A stretch of 63,572 bases of DNA, the filler included, from Octopus bimaculoides (Eukaryota), in the NCBI RefSeq assembly GCF_001194135.2. It is 4 parts of 4 records of this genome, joined end to end, with 100 filler letters (N's around TTAATTAATTAA, not from the genome) between each part and the next. Parts side by side here need not be neighbours in the genome. Positions count along the whole stretch, not along the records: positions 1 to 29,158 come from NC_069009.1; 3 more parts are not named here. One strand, written 5' to 3'. The notes under the pieces were generated by a model. It was not told where the DNA came from, ran no database searches, and was given only the letters and a program-made list of their open reading frames with translations. How positions within the stretch are numbered: the stretch's first letter is position 1; each line of letters starts with the position of its first letter. This document shows positions 11,601 to 22,809 of the stretch, piece after piece. The translations under genes and the position numbers were made by a program.

Positions 11601-13019
11601 GTTGCTTGTACCTGATATCCTATAAATAATTTTTAATGTGTCTAGAGGTTCAGGAAATGGTTATCTAGCTTGGATGATTGCTGACCATCTGTATTATAAC
11701 AGATCACTTTGTTAATATTAACTCTGAATAGATTTGTAAGTCTTATCTCAGATAAAAGAGCCAGAATTTGGTCTCATCCTACAACAGATATTTACACTTT
11801 TTATTATAAATAAGAAGACAACATTTCACTACCAGCGTAGCTGGGGGTGGTCTGCCCCAAGTGGTACTTTTATTTCAGGACCTGTGATTGGAATCTGTCT
11901 GTACAGTATTTCTCAGAATAAATTATTGTCTGGTTACTTGGGAGAAGCTCATAGTACAGAATTCCTTTCCAATCCCACCAGACACAAAGCAAGATTTTTT
12001 TTTAGGGTGAAGAGCTGCTTTTGGGGTGGCTCGTGTCTTGATTCTTGTAAAGAAGCTCAATTGAGTTGGAAAGCAATAATGTTTAGGAGATCAGGTGTGT
12101 TCATGTAGATATTTTGCCATTGTCGTGTTTTTGGTGAATCTAATGAGGTCTCCCAATTCTATAAGGTTGGCTTTCATCGTCAATTCTTTAATGAATGCAT
12201 GCTTCTCTCCTCTGTTTTCTTTTCTGCTGATGGGCAATGAACATGATTTCTGTCGATGTCCAATAAGTCCACCATCATCAATTCACCCCTTTTTTTTTAT
12301 TTAATTTTTAGCTATTAGTGGTGAAACACTATGGCTTTATTTTCTTGGTGAACTTTCCGCCACCATCTATTATCAGACAGCATATTGTCGTAGAATGGTG
12401 GCAATACATTACAATACTGTTGAATCTTCAGAAGATTTTTTTCATCTCTCCTCCTCTGGACACAACCATATAAATCTGATGATATTTGTTGTATATTTTT
12501 GGCATGATCTTGTGCTTATGTAAAACATTTGTTTATGCTCCCAAAACCATAAGTACATAATTTATGCTGAGAATTTATAAACTTTTTTTTCCTCCCCTCA
12601 TACACATTGACTCATGTAATGTATATATTCATCTAAAACAGTTCATTTTCCAATTATTTGCCACTTTTTATGGTCTCTTATGGGTTTTTTAAAAATTATT
12701 ATTGTTATTGGCTGATAAGAAGACTATTTCAGGAACATCCCTGTTCTTGAACTTTCATCGTTCCAATATCTACACTTTTGGTTGTTGGCTCCTTCATTTT
12801 TTGTTGAATCGCAATGGCGTCAGTGCTGAATGGTGAACATAAAAGCAGTTCGATTTAAAATGTTTTATTGCTGAGCTGAAAAGCTGAGGCTTATTGTAAA
12901 TGTTACATCGAAGCATTTGAAGAAAACAAAGTCTGTAATTTTTTATCTATAAAACTGATTTTTCAAACTTTGAAATAATAAAAATTTCAAACCATTTGTT
13001 ATGAGTTATGTTTTTCTTG

Positions 13020-13432
13020 TCTTTTATCTTGTTTCAGTTATTTGACTACGGCCATGCTGGGGCACCACCTTGAAGGGTTTTTAGTTGAACAAATTGACGC
13101 CAGGACTTTTTTTTTAAAGCCAGTTGTCATGTGGGGGGTAAAAACAGACACATAGATGTCACCATCATCATATGTTTTCCATGCTGGCATGGGTTGGATA
13201 GTTTGACCAGAAGTGGTAAGCTGGAGAGCTGCAGCAGGCTCCAGTCTAACTTTGGCTGGACGCCTCTTGAGTGTCGCACACATTTATATATGTGACACGC
13301 TTCTTTCAGTTTCCAGCTACCAAATCCGCTTGCAAGGCATTGGTTGGCCTGAGGCTATAGTAGAAGACACTTGCCCAAGGTGCCACGCAGTGGGACTGAC
13401 CCCAGGACCATGTGATGAGTAATCAAGCTTCT
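13020..13432 (-). mobile_element. Cluster: SINE A tail (13020-13135), family E (13160-13262), SINE A head (13298-13432)
   Basis: Direct similarity to copies at 2844-3213 and 3419-3545. Confidence 0.75.
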
Positions 13433-13522
13433 ACAAACTTTCTATTGTGTCCTGTAAAAGCAATCAGAATGCTGAGCATATTTATAGTCTGTATAATGGA
13501 ATGTGAAATTAAATACAAATTC

Positions 13523-13565
<43 letters not shown>

Positions 13566-13738
13566 GGTACTACTAATGCAGCGCGGACCCGAACGCGCAT
13601 CCGCGCTAGCTAGTCTTGAGTGGTCGATCCTAACCCTAACCCGCGTGTGCAAATGAATACGTGTTTAGGGTTAGGATCGACCACTCAAGACTAGCTAGCG
13701 CGGCTGCGCGTTCGGGTCCACGCTGCTTTAGTAGTACC
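13566..13738. mobile_element. Palindromic MITE, second copy, inserted in (TA)n
   Basis: GGTACTACTAATGCAGCGCGGACCCGAACGCGC...GCGCGTTCGGGTCCACGCTGCTTTAGTAGTACC; both 9-nt flanks TATATATAT. Confidence 0.8.
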
Positions 13739-13751
13739 TATATATATGTAT

Positions 13752-13910
13752 ACATGAGGGGGTGCTGAAAATTTCTGGCTTTATGGGTGTCGTGAAAGGC
13801 CTGGTTGGAGGTTCAGCCTTCTGAGTTCTTTTGCAGGCTGAGAAAAACCCAAAGGACCACGGCAGTAGGTATGTGAATCTGAGAGGAGAATATCCTGAAT
13901 AAAATCCTAA
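13752..13910 (+). mobile_element. Possible mariner deletion derivative
   Basis: CATGAGGGGGTGCTGAAAA TIR-like start; RYVNLRGEYPE* resembles a mariner C-terminus. Confidence 0.4.
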
Positions 13911-14169
13911 TTAACTGATCTTCTTTTACTTAAAGCAAGGAACTTTTCACACACACCCTCCTATATATTGTGTGTGTTGTAAATAGTTCATCATTCAGAC
14001 ATGCTGTAAATATCTTAGTACTTACTGTTTAATTAAAATACTCAGCATATTTTATAACCTAGTAGTTTCACAAATACCACAAGCAGATGCAATTAAAATA
14101 TGTACCTGACTTAACTCTGTTGTATTCAGATTATTTCTAAATTTAGCAAATTATAACAAGTTTGTCGCA

Positions 14170-14615
14170 TATTAAGCTGTTGTTGTTGGCACTCCGTCGC
14201 TTACGACGTCGAGGGTTCCAGTTGATCTGATCAACGGAACATCCTGCTCGTGAAATTAACGTGCAAGTGGCTGAGCACTCCACAGACATGTGTACCCTTA
14301 ATGTAGTTCTCGGGGGAGATTCAGCATGACAGTGTGACAAGGCTGACCCTTTGAATTACAGGCACANNNNNNNNNNGCAAGTGGCTGAGCACTCCACAGA
14401 CATGTGTACCCTTAATGTAGTTCTCGGGGGAGATTCAGCATGACAGTGTGACAAGGCTGACCCTTTGAATTACAGGCACAACAGAAACAGGAATTAAGAG
14501 TGAGAGAAAGTTGTGGTGGAAGAGTACAGCAGGGTTTGCCACCATCCGCTGCCAGAGCCTCGTGGAGCTTCAGGTGTTTTCAGTCAATAAACACAATGCC
14601 CAGTCTGGGAATCAT
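14170..14615 (-). mobile_element. SINE family C copy spanning a 10-N gap
   Basis: Reverse complement of 47572-47950; 14263-14366 is duplicated at 14377-14480. Confidence 0.85.
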
Positions 14616-15399
14616 GCCCGCTGCCCTAACCCCTGGGCCATTGCGCCTCCATGACAAGGAAAGGTATAACATAATGAAGCGAATGAGAAGGGAGATAATC
14701 AAGTACATGAGCCTAATTTTTAATTAATGAAAATTCGATTGTTTGATAGCTTTATCCTCCTGAATTAACGTGCAACTGGTTGAGTATTTCACAGACGTTT
14801 ACAGCGTAAATCTAATCCTCAAGCAAAAATCAGTGACATAGTGTGTGGCAACAAATAAAATATATAATATATATATGTATATATAAATATATATATTTAT
14901 ATATATAATATATATTTATATATATTTATATATATATATAATATATATAATATATATTTATATATATTTATATATATATATAATATATANNNNNNNNNNN
15001 NNNNNNNNNNNNNNNNNNNNNNNNNNNNNNNNNNNNNNNNNNNNNNNNNNNNNNNNNNNNNNNNNNNNNNNNNNNNNNNNNNNNNNNNNATATATATATA
15101 TACAAACACTGGTGTATGTGTGTGTGTATGTCCGCTGCTAATACTCCACCACCCAGAGAGTGATTATCTGTAAATGACACCCATTCCTACCTCGCAGTGG
15201 GAGTTCAGATAAAAAAACTGCCACACCTTCTTCACCTGGATTTTTCCAACAAACACCGTTAATCTCATACTGATTAATACTTGTAATCCCTATAAATGTG
15301 TCTATGCCCCTTAATTTTAATGTAATTTTCTCTGACAGTTTTACTCTTTTTCTTTTATGATCCTACCTTTAATTTATGACATACGTGTGTAGGTGCATG

Positions 15400-16230
15400 T
15401 GAATGTGTGTTCATGGGCAGGGGTGCACACCATGCGCCATTAATCTAAATCTAATCTTTCTCTGATAGCTTATATTCTCTATATCTTATCATTGAATTTT
15501 GCGTTACATATCAAAGGACAGCTGTAGCCGGTCGTAACCAAGATACAGCAGGTACAAACAACGTGCCTAGGCCAGCTCAGTGTATATATATATAGACAAA
15601 ACTTACTTGGAAAAGGATGCGCGGCGTTCTATCATATAATAATATATAAATATATGCATATATACATACATATATGGACATGCCTACATATATATGTATA
15701 TATACATGCATATTTGGGTACAGGACATAAAAAAACGTTAAACACACTGAGAAACGAAAACATAAAACATAAAAACGAAAATATGTTGCATGTCTCATTT
15801 CTGTTTTTTTCGTTGTTCGAAAAAAAGTTCGTTTTCAATGTTTTCGTTTCNNNNNNNNNNNNNNNNNNNNNNNNNNNNNNNNNNNNNNNNNNNNNNNNNN
15901 NNNNNNNNNNNNNNNNNNNNNNNNNNNNNNNNNNNNNNNNNNNNNNNNNNNNNNNNNNNNNNNNNNNNNNNNNNNNNNNNNNNNNNNNNNNNNNNNNNNN
16001 NNNNNNNNNNNNNNNNNNNNNNNNNNNNNNNNNNNNNNNNNNNNNNNNNNNNNNNNATATTATTATATGATCGAACGCCACGCATCCTTTTCCAAGTAAG
16101 TTTTGTCTATGTATCTATACACTGAGCTGACCTAGGCACGTTGTTCGTACCTGCTGTATCTTGGTTATCAGAGAAAGATTAGATTTAGATTAATGGGGCA
16201 TGGTGTACACCCCTGCCCACGAACACACAC
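15400..16230. repeat. Long inverted-repeat (foldback) element 1
   Basis: 15412-15476 pairs with 16166-16220 and 15536-15645 pairs with 16057-16165; internal AAAAC-rich spacer with N gap. Confidence 0.75.
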
Positions 16231-16245
16231 TCACACATTATATAT

Positions 16246-16285
<40 letters not shown>

Positions 16286-16293
16286 GTGCATAA

Positions 16294-16667
16294 GGTTTTA
16301 TACATAGAGAGAAATCTACACTGGATTTCTTACATGCTAGAAAAGGCAGTCAAGACCTATACCATTCTTCTTTAGAGGTACGTTGTCTGTAGGTGGGCGG
16401 GATAAAAAATCAGTTTCACTATTAATGATCAACTAAATCAATCAATTCCCCAATCAATTGATTAATTAATTGATTTAATTGATCATCAATAACGAAACCC
16501 ATGGGTATAAGATTAACTGATTGTTTTTTCCATTCATTTAAATATCCTGCTTGCCTACAGACAACGTGCCTCTAAAGAAGAATCTATCTTTTTTGCGGTA
16601 TGGGTCTTACTGCCGTTTCTAGCATTTAAGAAGTCCACATGGTGGATTTCTCTCTGTGTATAAAATC
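16294..16667. repeat. Inverted-repeat element 2
   Basis: 16294-16409 pairs with 16536-16667 (CTTTAGAGGTACGTTGTCTGTAGG / CCTACAGACAACGTGCCTCTAAAG). Confidence 0.75.
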
Positions 16668-16858
16668 ACATACACAATTATATAGAAATATTTAGGTCTT
16701 CTGACTGATAATTACGCATGCTGACCACTGGTAAAAAATTTATTAGTTTTTAATAATTTTTATACCCCGTATATATATTTTATCATTATTAATAAATCAT
16801 AGGGTAGCAAAAAAAATTATAGAAATTTTATTTACCACCAGTGGTCTAGCGAGAATAA

Positions 16859-17154
16859 AAATTAGTCTATAGACTATATATTACTCATTTAAAAATACAG
16901 AGTTGCCTATAATAGGACATCTAACCCGCTAGAAAGAGCAGCAAAACACTCTATACCACAAAAATAGGGATAATTTCGAAATAGCTTGAAACCATGGTAA
17001 GGAAAATAGATTGGTAAATGTTTTTATTTCTCATTCCCTTTCGAAATTATCCCTATTTTTGTGGTATAGTGTTTTGCTGCTCTTTCTAGCGGGTTAGATG
17101 ACCTATTATAGGCAACTCTGTATTTTAAATGAATAATATATAGCCTATTGACTA

Positions 17155-17158
<4 letters not shown>
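16859..17158. repeat. Near-perfect inverted-repeat element 3
   Basis: 16859-16980 vs 17040-17158, a handful of mismatches, 59-bp spacer. Confidence 0.9.
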
Positions 17159-17194
<36 letters not shown>

Positions 17195-18159
17195 CTTCAG
17201 ACGAGAGAAATGATTGTGAATTTGTGTTCTCCACGTAGGAGTTCATACGATTATGAAAACAATAAATAAATAATTTTTTTAATACCTCCACCTATAAATC
17301 CGAAAAGTTCCACTCTNNNNNNNNNNNNNNNNNNNNNNNNNNNNNNNNNNNNNNNNNNNNNNNNNNNNNNNNNNNNNNNNNNNNNNNNNNNNNNNNNNNN
17401 NNNNNNNNNNNNNNNNNNNNNNNNNNNNNNNNNNNNNNNNNNNNNNNNNNNNNNNNNNNNNNNNNNNNNNNNNNNNNNNNNNNNNNNNNNNNNNNNNNNN
17501 NNNNNNNNNNNNNNNNNNNNNNNNNNNNNNNNNNNNNNNNNNNNNNNNNNNNNNNNNNNNNNNNNNNNNNNNNNNNNNNNNNNNNNNNNNNNNNNNNNNN
17601 NNNNNNNNNNNNNNNNNNNNNNNNNNNNNNNNNNNNNNNNNNNNNNNNNNNNNNNNNNNNNNNNNNNNNNNNNNNNNNNNNNNNNNNNNNNNNNNNNNNN
17701 NNNNNNNNNNNNNNNNNNNNNNNNNNNNNNNNNNNNNNNNNNNNNNNNNNNNNNNNNNNNNNNNNNNNNNNNNNNNNNNNNNNNNNNNNNNNNNNNNNNN
17801 NNNNNNNNNNNNNNNNNNNNNNNNNNNNNNNNNNNNNNNNNNNNNNNNNNNNNNNNNNNNNNNNNNNNNNNNNNNNNNNNNNNNNNNNNNNNNNNNNNNN
17901 NNNNNNNCTTCTTTTTTTTTTTAAGTAATAATAATGAGATTGTATATATATATATATTTTTTTTTTCTTAAATATATTTCCACGCGTACGTTTTGTAATA
18001 AAATCTAATTCACATCGTGATGGGTGTATATGGAATGTGAAAGAGCTGTATGCGATAAGAGAATCACTGTTCGGTGGTGGAGAGGGCACCTTGGATAAAG
18101 AGACCCACATAAGAAAGTCAATTAGCGGATACCAAAAATGGTTCAGGAAAATTATAGTA

Positions 18160-18185
18160 TGTCACTGACGTCATTTCCGGTGTAT
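18160..18185. promoter_or_regulatory. CRE (TGACGTCA) plus ETS-like (TTCCGG) motif pair
   Basis: GTCACTGACGTCATTTCCGGTG about 1 kb upstream of the putative ZNF-A exon 1; motif match only. Confidence 0.35.
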
Positions 18186-18615
18186 TATCGCAATTTAATT
18201 TTCGTTTTTAAGGACAATTTACTTTCACTATTTAACGACGGTTGAGAATGTACGTTATAACTGCAACCCGATCTGATTTAATTGACAGCTAGGTAATTAT
18301 ATTATAATTAATAAGTTTTGAAGACGAAGCACTTGCAACTATATACCATTCTATTGTTATAGATTCATTAAGAGAAACTGAAGCTTTGCAGTATATTTCT
18401 ATACAATCATAAATGCTAATTTAGAGAATGGTCTACAATAATAAATACGTTTTTGATTTGAGTTGTTATTGATTAAATCCATTTAATTATTAATTTTATA
18501 TAATCAATGCAGGACCATAGAATGAATATCGATCACTGATCAACAACATCAAAATGTTTTTCAATTCTCAATGTTCTCCTTATTTTTACTAAATAATATA
18601 TATTTTATATCTTAC

Positions 18616-18770
18616 CTGTTATTGCTGTATAAATTAGCGTTTAAAATGCATTATCTTCAATTACACCAAAGGTCCCTCCGATTCTAGTGCGATTTCAACC
18701 AACAGTAGATTAAGACAACAGAAATTTATAAAAATCGACTCGGAAACACAAACGGCGAAATGAATTTAGT
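18616..18770 (-). other. Orphan copy of a ZNF-type non-coding first exon with CAG|GTAAG donor
   Basis: Homologous to 27446-27592 (GACAACAGAAATTTATAAAAATCGACTCGGAAACACAAA shared; CTTACCTGTTA at both). Confidence 0.6.
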
Positions 18771-19139
18771 TTCTTTGTAAATTCATCTATTCTGGTCAAT
18801 GAATATAAACATGTTATTCCTACAAAAAAATTAAAAAAAGAATTATCTAAAATATAAAAACACATCCATTATAAAATGTATTAGAGTTCATTAAATATAT
18901 ATTTGATATACTTTGTGCAACGTCCCTAGGTACACTACAACTTGGTACATTTGCACGCTGCAGATTTCTAAATGTTTCTAAAGAAAGGTATCAACCTAGG
19001 TCTGATTCTGTTCGAAGAACAAATGAAATACCGTTCTTATCTTTAATGTATTTATCAAAAGTGGGCCTTGAAAATATTTATTTAAAAAAAAAAAAAGAGA
19101 AAATAAAACAGGTGACATCTTCCAGATTACTTCTACGTT

Positions 19140-19240
19140 TCGTTTTCTCCGAGTCATCTATTATAATGCCTGGTGTGATATTTCAGCTGTGGTTGAATCG
19201 AACCAAAAGCCAAGAAGAAATTGGACATGGAGAAATACAA
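19140..19240 (+). other. Putative non-coding exon 1 of ZNF-A
   Basis: TCCGAGTC..T.TTATAA resembles the ZNF-B exon-1 core; donor AA|GTGAGT at 19240/19241; acceptor TTTCAG|AATATCAG at 20206/20207. Confidence 0.5.
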
Positions 19241-19735
19241 GTGAGTCTTTTATCCGACAGTTGGTAATCAATGATTGACTTGATTGATTAATTGATTGTA
19301 TAATATTATCAGTATTAATTATATTCGTAGCCTAATTAACGAAATATAGTAATAAGTAAATAAATGACGGTTTAAAAAAAAATTAAATTGTCTAATATAA
19401 TTTATATGAAATATATAACCTTTACTGTATTTATTGTAATGAATTAATTACAATTTGATTAATTAATTTTACAGTATAATTAGTTGTCTATGAATGACGG
19501 GGTAAATAATTTTTTAATGTATGTTTATTATTAAAGTGGAGAATAATCTTGTTTAAATATTAAATTATTCAGACAATATCACCATGAAAAACTACACGTA
19601 GTTGTGTTAATATATTAACGAAACGTTTAAAGGAATGTTGACATGCAATTTAGGTGTTTAAAAGGTGCAAGTTAATTACTAAGAATTGACGCTAGTGAAA
19701 TCCGATAATTTCAAATAAACACATGTATCATACAG

Positions 19736-20017
19736 GAATACCTACACTCGTCTTTGTTTCCTCATAATTTCCAGCAAAATAGATATTTTTTTAGTGAAAT
19801 TTTCTGCAAATACGGTTCGGAGGGTGTAGATTTCGATTACGTCGAAATTTGTTGTGGAAAACTTTTTTTCTAAGTGTGGCGCGAGGAAGCGGCTTTGTTT
19901 CCTCATAACTTACAGAAAAACGGATATTTTTAAATGAAATTTTCTACAAATACGCCCCAGATGGTGCAAATTACCATTATATAGGAATTTAATATTTTTA
20001 AAAAATGTGGGGTACTC
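19736..20017. mobile_element. Non-autonomous DNA element with tandem subrepeats, in ZNF-A intron 1
   Basis: TTTGTTTCCTCATAA...TGAAATTTTCT.CAAATACG occurs twice (~19761, ~19895); ends GAATACCTACAC / GTGGGGTACTC. Confidence 0.5.
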
Positions 20018-20598
20018 ACACATACGTTCTGACATAAATCAATTTCTTTCGAAATTTTCAAGTTTCATTTTGTAGCTATATGTGATGTGTGTATTTTTTT
20101 TAATATATATTAAATTCTGATATAATGATAATCTATAACGTCTTTCACAGCTGTAACTCTATAAATATCCTCTGTATCTTATGTTGTTGTTTCTCGTTTA
20201 TTTCAGAATATCAGATGACATTGGCATAATGATCATTTCTCCATCAAGCACATCATCAATATTGAATTGTCTTCTAAAGACTAAAGGAATGTGCTATACA
20301 GAATAGATCTAATATTGTTTCCATAAATGTATGGTGAAGAGCTATATTTCTCTACTTCACTGCCTGGATTGTGTGCAACATAAATTTGTAAATAAATTTG
20401 AAGAAATTTACAAAGTAATTTGCTGCTTCTTCAGATATCAGTGAGGATTGCAGATGATGGAAAATCTAACAGAAGGAAATATTTGTAACAAATATAAGAG
20501 CAAAAACAAGAAATCTATGTGTATATTGTGAAAGAAGAGAGATAAAGGAAAATTAATTAATGTGAAGAACTTCAAAAGGGTTGATTTTATTAGAAGAG

Positions 20599-21456
20599 AT
20601 GCTGAAAGTGGTAAAAAAGACACCATTTCTGTGTGACATTTGTAATAAGACATTCTCTCAACAAGGGAACTTAACTATCCATAAACGTATTCATGCAACA
20701 CAGAAACCATTTCACTGTGAAATCTGTGGCAAGTCGTTTGCTCAGAAAGGTGACTTAGCCACTCACAAACGTATTCATACAGGAGAGAAACCATATCGTT
20801 GCGATATATGTGGTAAATCATTCTCTGTGAGGGGTGCTTTAACTAGGCACAAACGTATTCACACTGGAGACAAACCATTTCATTGTGATATTTGTGGCAA
20901 ATCATTTCCTGAATCTGGCCAGTTAACTAAACACAAACGTACTCATACAGGAGAGAAGCCATATCGCTGTAATATCTGTGGTGCATTGTTCTCTCGAAAC
21001 CATCACTTAAAGACTCATGAGTCCGTTCATACAGGAAAGAAACCATATCACTGTGAAATCTGTGGTAAATCATTCTCCGAGACAGCTAAAGTTATTATTC
21101 ACAAACGGATCCATACAGGAGAGAAGCCATATCAGTGTGATATCTGTGGGGAGTTTTTCTCTCAGAAACATTACGTGACATCTCACAAATACGTTCATTC
21201 AGGGGAAAAACCAAATCATTGCAACATTTGTGGTAAATCTTTTGCTCAGAAGCAGTACTTAACTAACCACCTGCGCGTTCATACAGGTGAGAAACCTTAT
21301 CGTTGTGAAATCTGTGGGAGATCGTTTGCTCAGCGTTGTAACGTAATCAAGCACAAACGCATTCATACAGGAGAGAAACCATTTCGCTGTGATATCTGTG
21401 GGAGAACATTCTCTGAAAGTGGTAATTTAACTATTCACAAACGTGTTCATTTGTGA
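20599..21456 (+). CDS. C2H2 zinc-finger protein ZNF-A, 10 tandem fingers, no effector domain
   Basis: Open ORF with 10 CxxC-x12-HxxxH units and TGEKP-type linkers; first in-frame ATG at 20599 (the track starts at TTG 20581). Confidence 0.93.
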   Translation: MLKVVKKTPFLCDICNKTFSQQGNLTIHKRIHATQKPFHCEICGKSFAQKGDLATHKRIHTGEKPYRCDICGKSFSVRGALTRHKRIHTGDKPFHCDICGKSFPESGQLTKHKRTHTGEKPYRCNICGALFSRNHHLKTHESVHTGKKPYHCEICGKSFSETAKVIIHKRIHTGEKPYQCDICGEFFSQKHYVTSHKYVHSGEKPNHCNICGKSFAQKQYLTNHLRVHTGEKPYRCEICGRSFAQRCNVIKHKRIHTGEKPFRCDICGRTFSESGNLTIHKRVHL

Positions 21457-21519
21457 GAGAAACCATATTGTGGTGCTTGAGAAAACCCATGAAGCCCACC
21501 AAAATCACAGTTGTGGAAG

Positions 21520-21707
21520 ATACCAATGTTACACAAATGGCACTCGTGCCAGTGGCATGCAAAAGCACCCATTACACTCTCAGAGCATCCAGCTGTAGAA
21601 AACCATGCCAAATCAGACTGGATCTTGACACAGCCTTCCAGCGTGCCAGCCTAGTGAAACTATCCAACCCTTACCAGCATGGACAATGGATGCTAAATGA
21701 TGATGAT
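21520..21707 (+). mobile_element. Repeat family E copy (left arm of hairpin)
   Basis: AGCATCCAGCTGTAGAAAACCATGCC...CCAGCATGGACAATGGATGCTAAATGATGATGA. Confidence 0.8.
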
Positions 21708-21895
21708 CATTATCATTTAACATCTATTTTTTATGCTGGCATGGGTTGGACAGTTTGACTAAAGCTAGTAAGGCTAGGAGCTGCACCAGGTTCCATTTTT
21801 TGTTCTGGCATGGTTTCTACAGCTGGATGCTCTTCCAAATGCCAACCACTCCACATAGTGTTCTAGGTGCTTTTTACATGGCAGCAGTACTTCTA
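21707..21895 (-). mobile_element. Repeat family E copy (right arm of hairpin)
   Basis: TCATTTAACATCTATTTTTTATGCTGGCATGGGTTGG...GGCATGGTTTCTACAGCTGGATGCTCT. Confidence 0.8.
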
Positions 21896-22138
21896 TCAAT
21901 TCTGTTATGGTGGACGGGTCTTTTTGAGTACAACAATTCACCAGATATCTCAGTCCTTTGTCATTTCCTTCATAAGGTTTTGCTTTTTGAGATCAGCCTT
22001 CAATACTTCATGGTAAATTTTGAGATTTAAAAAAAACTTTTATCCATATTAATCTCCGTGTTTTTCCCGTACATTGAAAAATAGATGGTGAAAAGATCAA
22101 TGTCGGGGGAGTGAAATTCCGAGGATTTCAGCACACCA

Positions 22139-22282
22139 GTGGCAGGCATCCATTTGGGGGAGCCATGCTTTTCACATGGGCAACTTTATGTGGCCTGCTC
22201 CCGTGTGGGTAGTAAAAACGCTCTTTTTGTATGTGCTCCTTAGGGCAGAACACACAATATTGTCAATAGCGAAGTTTTATAG
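22139..22282 (+). mobile_element. Helitron RepHel helicase C-terminal fragment
   Basis: VAGIHLGEPCFSHGQLYVACSRVGSKNALFVCAP*GRTHNIVNSEVL*. Confidence 0.85.
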
Positions 22283-22809
22283 ACAAGTTGTCATTGCAGC
22301 CGATGTGGTTATAAACTGATCCGGAAGCATTGGCTGGACATATTCTCAAACCATGGCAACATGAATTATGGACTCTTCCTCTTTTTTATTGGACAATGCT
22401 GACTTCTCCAACAACAATGCTCACTCGGCTGATATCAGTGATTGGCTAAGTTGCTCATAGAGTTAACCTAGAAGGGACAGGCCCCTTATTTTCTGGTTAA
22501 GGCTGTTGGTAAGTTTTCCTAAGTTACTCCAATCCAGATCCCCAATGCAAACCTTNNNNNNNNNNNNNNNNNNNNNNNNNNNNNNNNNNNNNNNNNNNNN
22601 NNNNNNNNNNNNNNNNNNNNNNNNNNNNNNNNNNNNNNNNNNNNNNNNNNNNNNNNNNNNNNNNNNNNNNNNNNNNNNNNNNNNNNNNNNNNNNNNNNNN
22701 NNNNNNNNNNNNNNNNNNNNNNNNNNNNNNNNNNNNNNNNNNNNNNNNNNNNNNNNNNNNNNNNNNNNNNNNNNNNNNNNNNNNNNNNNNNNNNNNNNNN
22801 NNNNNNNNN

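Noticed and set aside
14000-14110. Minus-strand donor/acceptor pair as exons of a leftward transcript
   Set aside because: Short splice-like motifs are expected by chance; no homology support
14263-14480. 104-bp perfect direct repeat
   Set aside because: Identical copies abut a 10-N gap; most likely overlapping contig ends
21453-22030. ORFs directly after ZNF-A as extra coding exons
   Set aside because: They translate family-E repeats in the probable 3'UTR
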